Positions 45,377 through 53,528 of a stretch of DNA of 64,000 nt are shown here, piece after piece. The notes below the pieces were generated by a model. It searched no databases and was not told the DNA's origin. It saw only the letters and a list, made by a program, of their open reading frames with translations. The stretch is taken from positions 180,285 through 244,284 of the forward strand of contig CAWHEI010000015.1 of NCBI GenBank assembly GCA_963828415.1, read 5' to 3'. How positions within the stretch are numbered: the first letter of the stretch is position 1; the number at the start of each line of letters is the position of its first letter. A program made the position numbers and the translations under genes. The stretch is from Ilumatobacteraceae bacterium. GTDB taxonomy: Bacteria > Actinomycetota > Acidimicrobiia > Acidimicrobiales > Ilumatobacteraceae.

Positions 45377-46253
45377 TCAGGGCTGACGGCGCAGCGTGAC
45401 CGGCTGGGTGATCCCGGCGTCGTCGGACGCTGTCAGGGTGACCTGGTCGCCGACGTCCAGTCCGAGCTCCTCGGCCGCCGACCGTTGATCCATCGACACG
45501 GCGAGCAGACCCGACGAATCGAGCACGAGCCCGACGGCGCCGCCACCGAGTTCGGCGTACGAACTCGCCCGCATCGCACTACGGCGCACCCCACCCGTCG
45601 GATCCGTCGGTGAGCTGAACCGAAGGTCGATGCGGGCGCCGAACCCACCGGGCAGATCATCGGGGCCGACGTTCAGCTGCGCATTTCCGTAGCGATCGAC
45701 CCAGAGCACCTGCGCGATGACGGTGTCGTCGTCGGCTTGCGGGAGCGCCACCACTCCCGGCAGCAGCAGATCGGCGTCGATCGACTCGCCGAGGTCGGTG
45801 ATGTCGACGCCGTTGCAGAGTTGCGCCGCCGCCGGAGCGAACACGTCGCGTCCGGCGAAGGTGGCACCGGGCGACGGCAGGTGCCAGGTGGTGTCGGACA
45901 ACTCGACGGCACGCTCGGCGCCACCCGCCAACGCCACCGCCGGAGCGAGCAGACCGTTGTCCGGGCCCGACGAGCACACCTTCACCTCCGGCGACCTCGA
46001 CGGCGATCGCCCGGCGAGACGTGGCGACGCCGGGGTCGACAACCGCGAGCACCACACCCGACGCGACGTAGCTGATGCTGCGGGCGAGCGCGAGTGAGCC
46101 CGCTCGGACATCGAATGGTGCGACGCCATGGGTGAGATCGATCACGCGAGCGTGCGGGGCGAGCTCGCGGATCACCGAGTGGACCACCCCGACGAACTCG
46201 TCGGCGGTGCCGTAGTCCGACAGGAACGACACGGTCTCGTAGCGGCGGCCCAT
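45377..46253 (-). CDS. SAM hydroxide adenosyltransferase / chlorinase-fluorinase family (DUF62), apparent frameshift near 45960
   Basis: The N-terminal frame reads FLSDYGTADEFVGVVHSVI..VIDLTHGV..VVDPGVATSRRAIAVE..GVLVGP. The C-terminal frame reads PDNGLLAPAV..ATFAGRDVFAPAAA..WVDRYGNAQLN. The junction is at GGGCCCGG, plus strand 45961-45968. Confidence 0.75.
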
Positions 46254-46401
46254 GCGGCGAACCTACAGCGAAGCCGGGCCCATCGGGGCCCCGGACGCGA
46301 CAAGGGCCGGTGCCAACCCCCCGATGGCACCAGCCCTGTCGGCGCTGCCCGCCGTTTCCGGCGGACGCGTCTCCACAGCCGTCACCATACGGCACGCGCG
46401 G

Positions 46402-46423
46402 CCATGTGAAAAGTGGCACATGG
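46402..46423. promoter_or_regulatory. CRP/FNR-type palindrome (TGTGA-N6-GCACA) inside an AT-rich island
   Basis: CCATGTGAAAAGTGGCACATGG has 7-bp perfect arms. The core TGTGA-N6-GCACA matches 9/10 of TGTGA-N6-TCACA. It lies about 150 nt upstream of the DUF62 gene start, in the only strongly AT-rich stretch nearby. Confidence 0.35.
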
Positions 46424-46476
46424 GAAAAACAACAATGAAATTCTTGACGTGTTCAGTCGGATTTCCGTTGGCGAGC

Positions 46477-47277
46477 TCAACCGAGTTCGCGACTTCGATG
46501 GGTGGCGGCTTCGACAGCCGCCGCGAAGGCACCGCGCAGATCGCGTTCGGCGAGTGCGGCGAGGCCGGCCGCGGTGGTCCCGTTCGGGGAGGTGACCATC
46601 TCGCGTAGCCGCGTCGGGTCTCCTTCTCGATCGAGCAGCGTCGCCGAACCGAGCAACAGTTGACGCACGACGCGCTGGGCCATGTCCGGTTCGAGACCTT
46701 CGGCGACGGCCGCGTCGATGAGCGCTTCGGCAACGAGGAACACATAGGCAGGTCCCGACCCGGCGACCCCGGTGAATGCGTCCAACGCCGGCTCGTCGAC
46801 CTCGTCGACCGTGCCGACCGCCTCGAGGATCCGCCGGGCCCACGACACGTCGTCGCGGTCTGCCGTTGCGCCCGCCGCAATCGCGCACGCGCCGAGCCGC
46901 ACGAGCGCCGGCGTGTTGGGCATCGCTCGGATCACGGCAACATCGGGACCAGCGGCGGCTTCGATCGTGGCGAGGCGCACACCGGCAGCGATCGAGAGCA
47001 CCCGCGTGGCGCCGCTCGCACCGGCCGCCGATGCCGCTGCGGGCGTGTCGGCCGGTTTCACGGCGACGACCGCGCCGACGCAGGGTGGCACCGCGACCTC
47101 GATGCGCACACCGGGAAACTGCGACGCCAGAACGTCTCGTCGGGCCGCCACGACCTCGACCACGGCGATCGCCGATGCGTCGAACGCTCCCGAGTCGAGG
47201 AGTCCTCCGAGCAAGGCAGCGCCCATGTTTCCGCCGCCGATGATCACCAACTCGATCGGAGTGCTGTCGTCGTCCAC
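46477..47277 (-). CDS. proC: pyrroline-5-carboxylate reductase
   Basis: 266 aa with IIGGGNMGAALLGG, AVKPADT, RAMPNTPALV, GSGPAYVFLVAEAL and VTSPNGTTAAGL. Confidence 0.9.
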   Translation of the reverse strand: MDDDSTPIELVIIGGGNMGAALLGGLLDSGAFDASAIAVVEVVAARRDVLASQFPGVRIEVAVPPCVGAVVAVKPADTPAAASAAGASGATRVLSIAAGVRLATIEAAAGPDVAVIRAMPNTPALVRLGACAIAAGATADRDDVSWARRILEAVGTVDEVDEPALDAFTGVAGSGPAYVFLVAEALIDAAVAEGLEPDMAQRVVRQLLLGSATLLDREGDPTRLREMVTSPNGTTAAGLAALAERDLRGAFAAAVEAATHRSRELG

Positions 47278-47332
47278 GCGCCGAACCTAGTGCCTCGAAG
47301 TTCGCCGCTCCCCGGACCAACATCCGAGTTGC

Positions 47333-47431
47333 GATGAGCGAACCGACCACATACGGCGCTTTGGCTCATCGCAGCCAGGCCGAACACGGCTGCGATGAGC
47401 GAACCGACCGCATACGGCGGTTTCGCTCATC
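47333..47431. repeat. Family B hairpin pair (2 units, 61 bp apart)
   Basis: GATGAGCGAACCGACCACATACGGCGCTTTGGCTCATC is at 47333 and GATGAGCGAACCGACCGCATACGGCGGTTTCGCTCATC at 47394, separated by a locus-specific 23-nt spacer. Confidence 0.9.
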
Positions 47432-47595
47432 GCTGGCGGTGGTGGGCCGGTTGTCCGGATGGGTGAGAGTGGGACCGACTCCCCCGAGCACACCCATCCG
47501 GACACCCGACAGTGGGCGACGACCACCCGAGAAGGGAACCGGAGCGGGGAACGGGAGAACGGAACGGGAGAACGGAAACGAGCGTGCGGCGACGA

Positions 47596-48054
47596 TCAGG
47601 CGAAGCGGCTGCGGAAGCCGATGCGCAGCAGCGCCTGGAAGCACTGTTCGACCTGCGCGTACAGCGTGCCGAGGGCACGATCCAGTTCGGCGAGGCTCAC
47701 ATGCGCGACCGGCATCTCGCCGCGCAGGAACACCGCATCTTCGATCCCGATCGAGAAGTGTGCGCCGACGATGGTGTTGTTGCGGCGCAGGAGGTGCTCG
47801 TACAGCTCACCGTCGTTCTCCTCCGGTGCCGGCATCACGTAGGTCTCGTACCGCAGTGTCCGCTGGCCCAGGGTGAGCCACACGGTGGTGAACTCCTTGT
47901 CGTCGCCGCGCATCCGCACGTACCACCGAACTGCACCGTCGTCGGTGCGATCGACGGCGAGGATGTGATCGTGTTCGTCGGCCAACTCGGCGAGCCACCC
48001 GTCGATCCGACCATCGAGGTCGGCGAGCTGATCGGCGTCGTAGGCGTCGGTCAT
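47596..48054 (-). CDS. YbjN-domain protein (conserved partner of mshA)
   Basis: 152 aa. ATG 48054 forms ATGA with the mshA stop. It shows the pattern RWYVRMRGDDKEFTTVWLTLGQRTLRYETYVMPAPEEN..YEHLLRRN. Confidence 0.75.
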   Translation of the reverse strand: MTDAYDADQLADLDGRIDGWLAELADEHDHILAVDRTDDGAVRWYVRMRGDDKEFTTVWLTLGQRTLRYETYVMPAPEENDGELYEHLLRRNNTIVGAHFSIGIEDAVFLRGEMPVAHVSLAELDRALGTLYAQVEQCFQALLRIGFRSRFA

Positions 48055-49265
48055 CGACAGGTGACCAACTCGCGCACCGTGAGATCTCCGTAGAGACGCC
48101 GCAGACGGGCCGCTGCGAAGCTCCACGTGTAGCGGCGCGCCCGCTCGACGGCAGCACGTGACATTCGCGTCCGGACCGCGTCGTCGCCGAGGATTCCGGC
48201 GATCGCCGCGGCGTAATCGCCCGGGTCACGACCTTCGATCAACCGTCCGGTGCGTCCGTCGTCGACGAGGCTGAGCAGGCCGCCGACCGCGCTCGCCACC
48301 ACCGGGATGCCGCACGCAGCGGCCTCGAGGGCGACGAGGCCGAAGCTCTCGCTGCGACTCGGGGCGACCACGACGTCAGCCGCGCGGTAGTACGTCGACA
48401 GGATGTGGTGCGGTTGCGGCTCGACGAATCGGACCCGATCGTGCAGGCCCAGTTCGTCGACCAGTGCGTGAGCGCGCATCGTCTCCACGTCGCCCTCGGT
48501 GCCGCTTGCACCTCCGACGATCACCAACTGCGCTCGAGCGTCGCCGAGCGCGGCCAGTGCTCGGATCGCCACGTCGGGACCCTTGAGCGGTTGGATGCGG
48601 CCGACGAACAGCAGCAGCGGACGGTCGATGTCGAACCCGAGGGCGCGGCGGGCGCCGGCTTGATCGCCGGGAGCGAAGAACGCGTGCTCGACGCCGGGGG
48701 CGATGATCTCGAGCCGGCCTTGCGGATCGCCGTAGTGGAGACGGAACTGGTCGGCCTCCTCCTCGCAACTCACGCAGATCGCGTCGGCGCAGTGGACGAT
48801 CTCGGCTTCCGCACGATCACGCCAGTCGGGTTCGGGGTCGCCGTGGGCAGCCTTGACGCGAGCAAGCGTGTGGAACGTCGACACGAACGGCACGTCGAGT
48901 TCGTGCTTGAGTCGGTGGCCCACGAGGCCGCTGAGCCAGTAGTTGCCGTGGATCACATCGGGTCGGTCGTTGCGGGCGAACCAGTCGAGCATCCCTCGGC
49001 GGAACTCGTCGGTCACCTCGGGCAGGGCCTCTTTCGGCAGGTGGTGCGGACCGGCCTGGATGTGGACGACGCGATGGCCCGGCTCGACCACGATCTCGTC
49101 GGGCAGTCCGTCACGATCGGCGCGAGTGAACGTGGTGGTCTCGACGCCGGCCTGGGCGAGCGCCGATCCGAGTTCGCGCACATACACGTTCATCCCGCCA
49201 CTGTCGCCGGATCCCGGCTGGAGGAGCGGAGACGTGTGGAGTGAGATCACCGCGGCACGTTGCAC
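48051..49265 (-). CDS. mshA: D-inositol-3-phosphate glycosyltransferase (mycothiol biosynthesis)
   Basis: The N-terminus from GTG 49265 is VQRAAVISLHTSPLLQPGSGDSGGMNVYV. A GT4 core follows (FVGRIQPLKG, PSRSESFGLVALEAAACGIPVV). Confidence 0.9.
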   Translation of the reverse strand: MQRAAVISLHTSPLLQPGSGDSGGMNVYVRELGSALAQAGVETTTFTRADRDGLPDEIVVEPGHRVVHIQAGPHHLPKEALPEVTDEFRRGMLDWFARNDRPDVIHGNYWLSGLVGHRLKHELDVPFVSTFHTLARVKAAHGDPEPDWRDRAEAEIVHCADAICVSCEEEADQFRLHYGDPQGRLEIIAPGVEHAFFAPGDQAGARRALGFDIDRPLLLFVGRIQPLKGPDVAIRALAALGDARAQLVIVGGASGTEGDVETMRAHALVDELGLHDRVRFVEPQPHHILSTYYRAADVVVAPSRSESFGLVALEAAACGIPVVASAVGGLLSLVDDGRTGRLIEGRDPGDYAAAIAGILGDDAVRTRMSRAAVERARRYTWSFAAARLRRLYGDLTVRELVTCR

Positions 49266-49295
49266 AACCCGCCAGACGATAACAACGCTTCGCAA

Positions 49296-49356
49296 GTTCC
49301 CCGAGCCCAGGGCTCCGGGAACCACGCTTGTTCCCCGGGGCCCGGGCTCGGGGAAC
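49296..49356. repeat. two copies of a 27-nt GC-rich palindrome between the RsiG-like gene and mshA
   Basis: GTTCCCCGAGCCCaGGGCTCCGGGAAC is at 49296-49322 and GTTCCCCGGGGCCCGGGCTCGGGGAAC at 49330-49356, 34 bp apart. The outer arms 49296-308 and 49344-356 are perfectly complementary. Confidence 0.85.
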
Positions 49357-49372
49357 CTCAACCCTTCTGAGG

Positions 49373-49864
49373 TCAGTCGGGGAGGCTGTCGACGTCGGCT
49401 TCACCGTCGCGGTAGCGACGAACGAGCTCGGCGCTGAGGGCATCGAGCTGATCGAAGCGAGCGCGACGATCGGTCGAGACCTTCTCCTCGAACTCGGCGA
49501 TGGCCGCCGTCAAGGTGACCAGCTGCGCGTCGTCGAGCGACTTGAGGCGACCCAGGCCGTTTGCGGCACAGAGTTCGTCGAGTTCGACAGCCAGCGGATG
49601 ATCGCTCAGATCCTCGGTCGGCCGAGGCGGACGCGCCGGGCCACCGGTGAGATGGCTCGACAGCACAGTGCGAAGTTCCTCGTCGACGACGACTTCCGCC
49701 CCGGCGACTCGGTGTTCGGCTTCGGCCTTGACGAGGTCGAGGCGGGCCTGGGCGACGCGGCGGGCATAGGACACGGCGTCGTCTTCGAGTTGGAGCTGGT
49801 TGCGCAGACCGCGCAGTTCGTCCAACGAGAGACTCGCGGGGTCGGGCAGCTGGATGGTGGTCAC
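49373..49864 (-). CDS. RsiG-like protein (candidate c-di-GMP-binding anti-sigma family)
   Basis: 163 aa with two helical segments carrying the remembered RsiG motif (E/D)xxxSxxRxxxQxxxD: D28-S32-R35-Q39-D43 is intact, and E126-S130-R133-F137-D141 has Q replaced by F. The C-terminus reads ELVRRYRDGEADVDSL. Confidence 0.55.
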   Translation of the reverse strand: MTTIQLPDPASLSLDELRGLRNQLQLEDDAVSYARRVAQARLDLVKAEAEHRVAGAEVVVDEELRTVLSSHLTGGPARPPRPTEDLSDHPLAVELDELCAANGLGRLKSLDDAQLVTLTAAIAEFEEKVSTDRRARFDQLDALSAELVRRYRDGEADVDSLPD

Positions 49865-50103
49865 GTGGATCCTCCGGACACGGGTGGCAGAACTGCCACC
49901 TCGTCATATTGGCCGACTGGGGCGTCGATCGAGATGTCCTCGCCGTTCACCCACACCCGGCAGGTACCGAGCACCTCGGCGAACCGAGCGCCGTAACGGG
50001 CTTCAGCCGCGGCGAGCACCTCGCGAACGGTGTCGCCGTCGACGACGTCGGTCCCGGTTCCGGCAGCCTCACGGGCCGAAGCGAACAGGCGAAGTCGTGG
50101 CAC
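49861..50103 (-). CDS. MoaD/ThiS-family sulfur-carrier-like protein
   Basis: 80 aa from GTG 50103. It has a beta-grasp pattern (RLRLFASAREAAGTG...VWVNGEDI...DEVAVLPPVSGG) ending in GG followed by ST. Its stop forms GTGA with the downstream gene start. Confidence 0.7.
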   Translation of the reverse strand: MPRLRLFASAREAAGTGTDVVDGDTVREVLAAAEARYGARFAEVLGTCRVWVNGEDISIDAPVGQYDEVAVLPPVSGGST

Positions 50104-50174
50104 GGCCTTCAATCTACAAGCGTCGTCTGCGCCAGACCGGGTTCGCGCCGTGTCGCGCACCGAGGCGAGGTCGG

Positions 50175-51161
50175 TCACGCCGGCAGCCCACCGGGAAGCA
50201 CGCCGGCGACGAACCCGACGAGCGCTACCGCGAGCGTGGCGCCGAGCGCCAGGCGGCGAGTCGACGTCTCCTCGAGTCGACGCGTCGCGCCGTAGAAACC
50301 CAGCGACGGTTGCGCCAGAATTCGCAACGCTGCGAAGCCGACCACGACCATCCATCCCGAGGTGACCATGGCGAGCACTCGCTCGTCGTGAGGCATCGCG
50401 CCGAGACCGTGGGTCCACCGATCGCTCACACCTCGCAGGGCCACTGCGAGATTGAGCACGACCATCGTCGCGAGCGTGGCCGTCCACCGGATCGGCAAGC
50501 CGGTACGCGATGTTCCGTCTCCGAGTCCGGCGCCCACGGAGGCCATCGACCATCGCAGTCGTACACCGGGCCACAGCACGCCGCCGGAGAGCAGCCAATG
50601 GCTGATCGAGAAGAACGCCTGCGCCAACACGAGCGCGGCGAACGTGCTCCATGCCGGCATCTCGAACGGAAAACGACCGCTCAGCAGCACGGCGACCAGC
50701 ACGGTCACGAACAGCATCCGGCGAATGCCCTCGACCGCGACGAGCGCCCAGGCGGTCACGGCCGAACGAGGACCTATGGTCGGATGAGACCCGCGAGGAT
50801 CGAGCAGTTCGAGGCCACGTCGCGCCCGGGCGACCTCACCCGTGTCGTCGGCGCCGTGCGCGTCGACCGAGACGAGAGTGCCGACACCGAGCAGGTCACC
50901 GAACACGTCGACGAACGACGCAGACCGCGTCAGCTTGCGACCACGTTCGGGCAGCGACCACAGCGCGGCGCTGATCACCACCGCCACGAGCAGCGCCGCC
51001 ACCTCCAGTACGAGCACGACGACGCTCATCGCTCCGGTCGACGTCGAGACCCGCCAAGCGAGCCAGAACGACCAGGCGACGAAGCCGACAACGGACGCGA
51101 ACCGACCCGCCCACCGCACGGCCGTGTTCACCGTTGCGCGCTCTGCCGCCGTCCGCTCCAT
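50175..51161 (-). CDS. hypothetical polytopic membrane protein
   Basis: 328 aa from ATG 51161 with about 8 hydrophobic helices and high GC3. No family recognised. Confidence 0.7.
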   Translation of the reverse strand: MERTAAERATVNTAVRWAGRFASVVGFVAWSFWLAWRVSTSTGAMSVVVLVLEVAALLVAVVISAALWSLPERGRKLTRSASFVDVFGDLLGVGTLVSVDAHGADDTGEVARARRGLELLDPRGSHPTIGPRSAVTAWALVAVEGIRRMLFVTVLVAVLLSGRFPFEMPAWSTFAALVLAQAFFSISHWLLSGGVLWPGVRLRWSMASVGAGLGDGTSRTGLPIRWTATLATMVVLNLAVALRGVSDRWTHGLGAMPHDERVLAMVTSGWMVVVGFAALRILAQPSLGFYGATRRLEETSTRRLALGATLAVALVGFVAGVLPGGLPA

Positions 51162-51229
51162 TTCACAGGGCTCATCGGCTGCCGATGCGGCCGACTTGAG
51201 GCGACCTGGACCGATAGCCTGCCGCTCCT

Positions 51230-51490
51230 GTGGGTACCGAGAAACGTGAACGTCAGAAGGCCAACCGTGCGCTGAAGCACCAGCAGGAGCAGCAGGCACA
51301 GAGCCGCCGCAAGCTCCTGCGCAAGGTCGCGATCGGCGTTGCTGCCGTCGCTGGCCTGGTGCTGTTCGTCTGGATCGCGAGCAACGTGGTCGGAAGCGAC
51401 GACGAACCGAGCACGCCGGTCACTCCGGTCACGCTCCCTGCCACGATCGACACGATCGGCGACAGCGTGCCCGCCACGACGGAGGGCTGA
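51230..51490 (+). CDS. small membrane-anchored protein
   Basis: 86 aa with a basic N-terminus (EKRERQKANRALKHQQEQQ), one TM helix (VAIGVAAVAGLVLFVWIA) and a Thr/Pro tail. Codon bias is good. It lies 5 nt upstream of the PPIase gene. Confidence 0.65.
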   Translation: MGTEKRERQKANRALKHQQEQQAQSRRKLLRKVAIGVAAVAGLVLFVWIASNVVGSDDEPSTPVTPVTLPATIDTIGDSVPATTEG

Positions 51491-51495
51491 TCGCA

Positions 51496-52209
51496 ATGGC
51501 CGCCACGAGATTCTTGGCCGCATTGGCGGCAACGGCGATCTTTGCTGCCGGTTGTGGCAGCGACGACGCTGCGTCAGAACCGGCCACCAGCGAGGTCACG
51601 GTGTCGGACACCACTGACGCAGCGGTCGACGAAACGATCGACGCGCCGCCGAGCGACAGCGACTGCCCGCCCGCCGAGGGCGCCGACACGCAAACCCAGC
51701 AGTTCGACGCCGCACCGCCGATGTGTCTCGAGGCCGGAGTGTCGTACGAAGCGATCGTGACGACCAACATGGGCGAGTTCACCATCGCCATCGATCAGGA
51801 ATCGGCACCGGTGGCAGCGAACAACTTCGTGTTCCTCGCTCGGAACCTGTACTTCGACGACACCGAATGCCATCGCATCATCCCGAACTTCGTGGTGCAG
51901 TGCGGCGATCCGACCGCGACCGGCACCGGCGGGCCCGGCTACACGATCGTCGACGAGCCACCGGCTCCGGGCCAGTACCAGATCGGTTCGATCGCGATGG
52001 CCAAGACGCAGGCGCCCGACAGCGCCGGCAGCCAGTTCTTCATCATCACCGGCTCCGACGGCGCGGCGCTCCCACCGGAGTACGCACTGTTCGGTCAAGT
52101 GGTCGACGGCCTCGACACCACCGTCGAGACCATGGCGGCCGCCGGTTCCCCCGACGGCGTCCCGACCGAACCCGTCGAGATCCAGTCGATCCGCATCGTC
52201 GAAGCCTGA
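51496..52209 (+). CDS. cyclophilin-type peptidyl-prolyl isomerase, lipoprotein
   Basis: It has the lipobox IFAAGC and a cyclophilin core (NNFVFLARNLYFDDTECHRIIPNFVVQCGDPTATGTGGPGY, SIAMAKT..DSAGSQFFI). Confidence 0.9.
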   Translation: MAATRFLAALAATAIFAAGCGSDDAASEPATSEVTVSDTTDAAVDETIDAPPSDSDCPPAEGADTQTQQFDAAPPMCLEAGVSYEAIVTTNMGEFTIAIDQESAPVAANNFVFLARNLYFDDTECHRIIPNFVVQCGDPTATGTGGPGYTIVDEPPAPGQYQIGSIAMAKTQAPDSAGSQFFIITGSDGAALPPEYALFGQVVDGLDTTVETMAAAGSPDGVPTEPVEIQSIRIVEA

Positions 52210-52236
52210 CCGGCCGGGCCCCTGCGCCCCGCCCGC

Positions 52237-52335
52237 GATGAGCCAAACCGCCGTATACGGTCGGTTCGCTCATCGCGGAGCCGATTGCGCTGCCTGCGAT
52301 GAGCCAGATGACCGTATACGGTCGGTTCGCTCATC
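52237..52335. repeat. Family B hairpin pair, inverted orientation (2 units, 61 bp apart)
   Basis: GATGAGCCAAACCGCCGTATACGGTCGGTTCGCTCATC is at 52237 and a near-identical copy at 52298. Both are the reverse complement of the form seen at the other loci. Confidence 0.9.
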
Positions 52336-52369
52336 GCGGCGGAGCAGTCGGTCGGGTCAGTCGGTGGGG

Positions 52370-52716
52370 TCAGTCGGTGGGGTCGGCGGCGCTGGGCGCA
52401 GCGGCTTCATCGCGGGTCAGGTGGTCCGGACCGTCGAGGGCCACGGGGGTCTGGCGGCGCGACGCCCGGCTGAGGGCGTGTGCACCGACGGGCGACGACA
52501 GCAACTGGAGGATCACCACCAGCAGCAGCGTCGTGTAGGCGAGCAGCGTGTCGATGGCGATCGCTGCGCCGATCGCTACGAGCACCAGACCGAGCGTGGG
52601 CGCCTTGGCTGCGGCGTGCATGCGCGAATACAGGTCGCGGAACTTGACGGCGCCGATCCCGCCGATCATGGCCAGTGCCGCGCCGGCGATGATCAACACG
52701 CCGCTGACGACGTTCA
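52370..52716 (-). CDS. mrpG: Na+/H+ antiporter Mrp/Mnh subunit G
   Basis: 115 aa from ATG 52716 (MNVVSGVLIIAGAALAMIGGIGAVKFRDLYSRMHAAAK). It is the last gene of the mrp operon. Confidence 0.85.
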
Positions 52717-52989
52717 TCAGTTGCCCCGCCGTTCGATGAAGCGCGAGAGCGCTGTGGTCCCGACGAACCCGACGAGCACGGCGACGAGGACGGTCTCGAT
52801 CGTGATGCCGCTGTCGCTGCGAGCCGCGGCGACGATGATGGCGATCACCACGATCGACTGCAGCCCGTCGAGGCCGACCACTCGGTCGGACAAGCTCGGC
52901 CCCCGCAGCAGCCGGAACAGGAATCCGGCGGCACCGACCGCCAACAACACGAGCGCGAACGCAGTCACCGCGAAACTCCCTGCGGCCAT
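52717..52989 (-). CDS. mrpF: Mrp/Mnh subunit F
   Basis: 90 aa with three TM helices and the pattern FRLLRGPSLSDRVVGLD. Confidence 0.85.
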   Translation of the reverse strand: MAAGSFAVTAFALVLLAVGAAGFLFRLLRGPSLSDRVVGLDGLQSIVVIAIIVAAARSDSGITIETVLVAVLVGFVGTTALSRFIERRGN

Positions 52990-53528
52990 GCGGCAACGAC
53001 TCGATCGAGTTCGACCCGTTGCTCCTTGGTGCCGAACGCTCGCACGGCGAGACGCTCGAGTCGCAGGACATCGCGCCGCAGCGACTCGACGTCGGTGAAG
53101 TGCAGCGCATGGACGTACAGCACCGGTGGCCGATCGGGATCATCGGCACGGACGTCGACGGTGAGCGTGCCGGGGGTCAACGTGATCGCGTTGCCGACCA
53201 AGGTGACGAGCCCATCGGTCGTCACGTGGAGCGGCACGGCGATGATCGCCCGGTTGACGTTCGAACCCGGCGTGATCACCTCCCAGGCGACCTGGAAGTT
53301 CGACTTGACCAGCTGCACCAGGAAGTAGACGAGGAACACGACCGCCGACAGAGGGTGGAACGATGTGAGCTGGATGCCGTGCACGCCGGTCGGCCGGGCG
53401 ATGAACACCACGAACACGGCGACGCCGAGCCCGGACAGCAGGCTCGCCAGGCCGAGGTCGCCCCACAGCAGTGCCCACACGAGCGTGAGCCAGATCACCA
53501 GTGCGGGAAGGCGGACCGACGGAGTCAC
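52965..53528 (-). CDS. mrpE: Mrp/Mnh subunit E
   Basis: GTG 53528 forms GTGA with the mrpD stop. It has the MnhE pattern (LTLVWALLWG, SNFQVAWEVITP, LVGNAITLTPGT). Confidence 0.85.
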   Translation of the reverse strand: MTPSVRLPALVIWLTLVWALLWGDLGLASLLSGLGVAVFVVFIARPTGVHGIQLTSFHPLSAVVFLVYFLVQLVKSNFQVAWEVITPGSNVNRAIIAVPLHVTTDGLVTLVGNAITLTPGTLTVDVRADDPDRPPVLYVHALHFTDVESLRRDVLRLERLAVRAFGTKEQRVELDRVVAAWPQGVSR

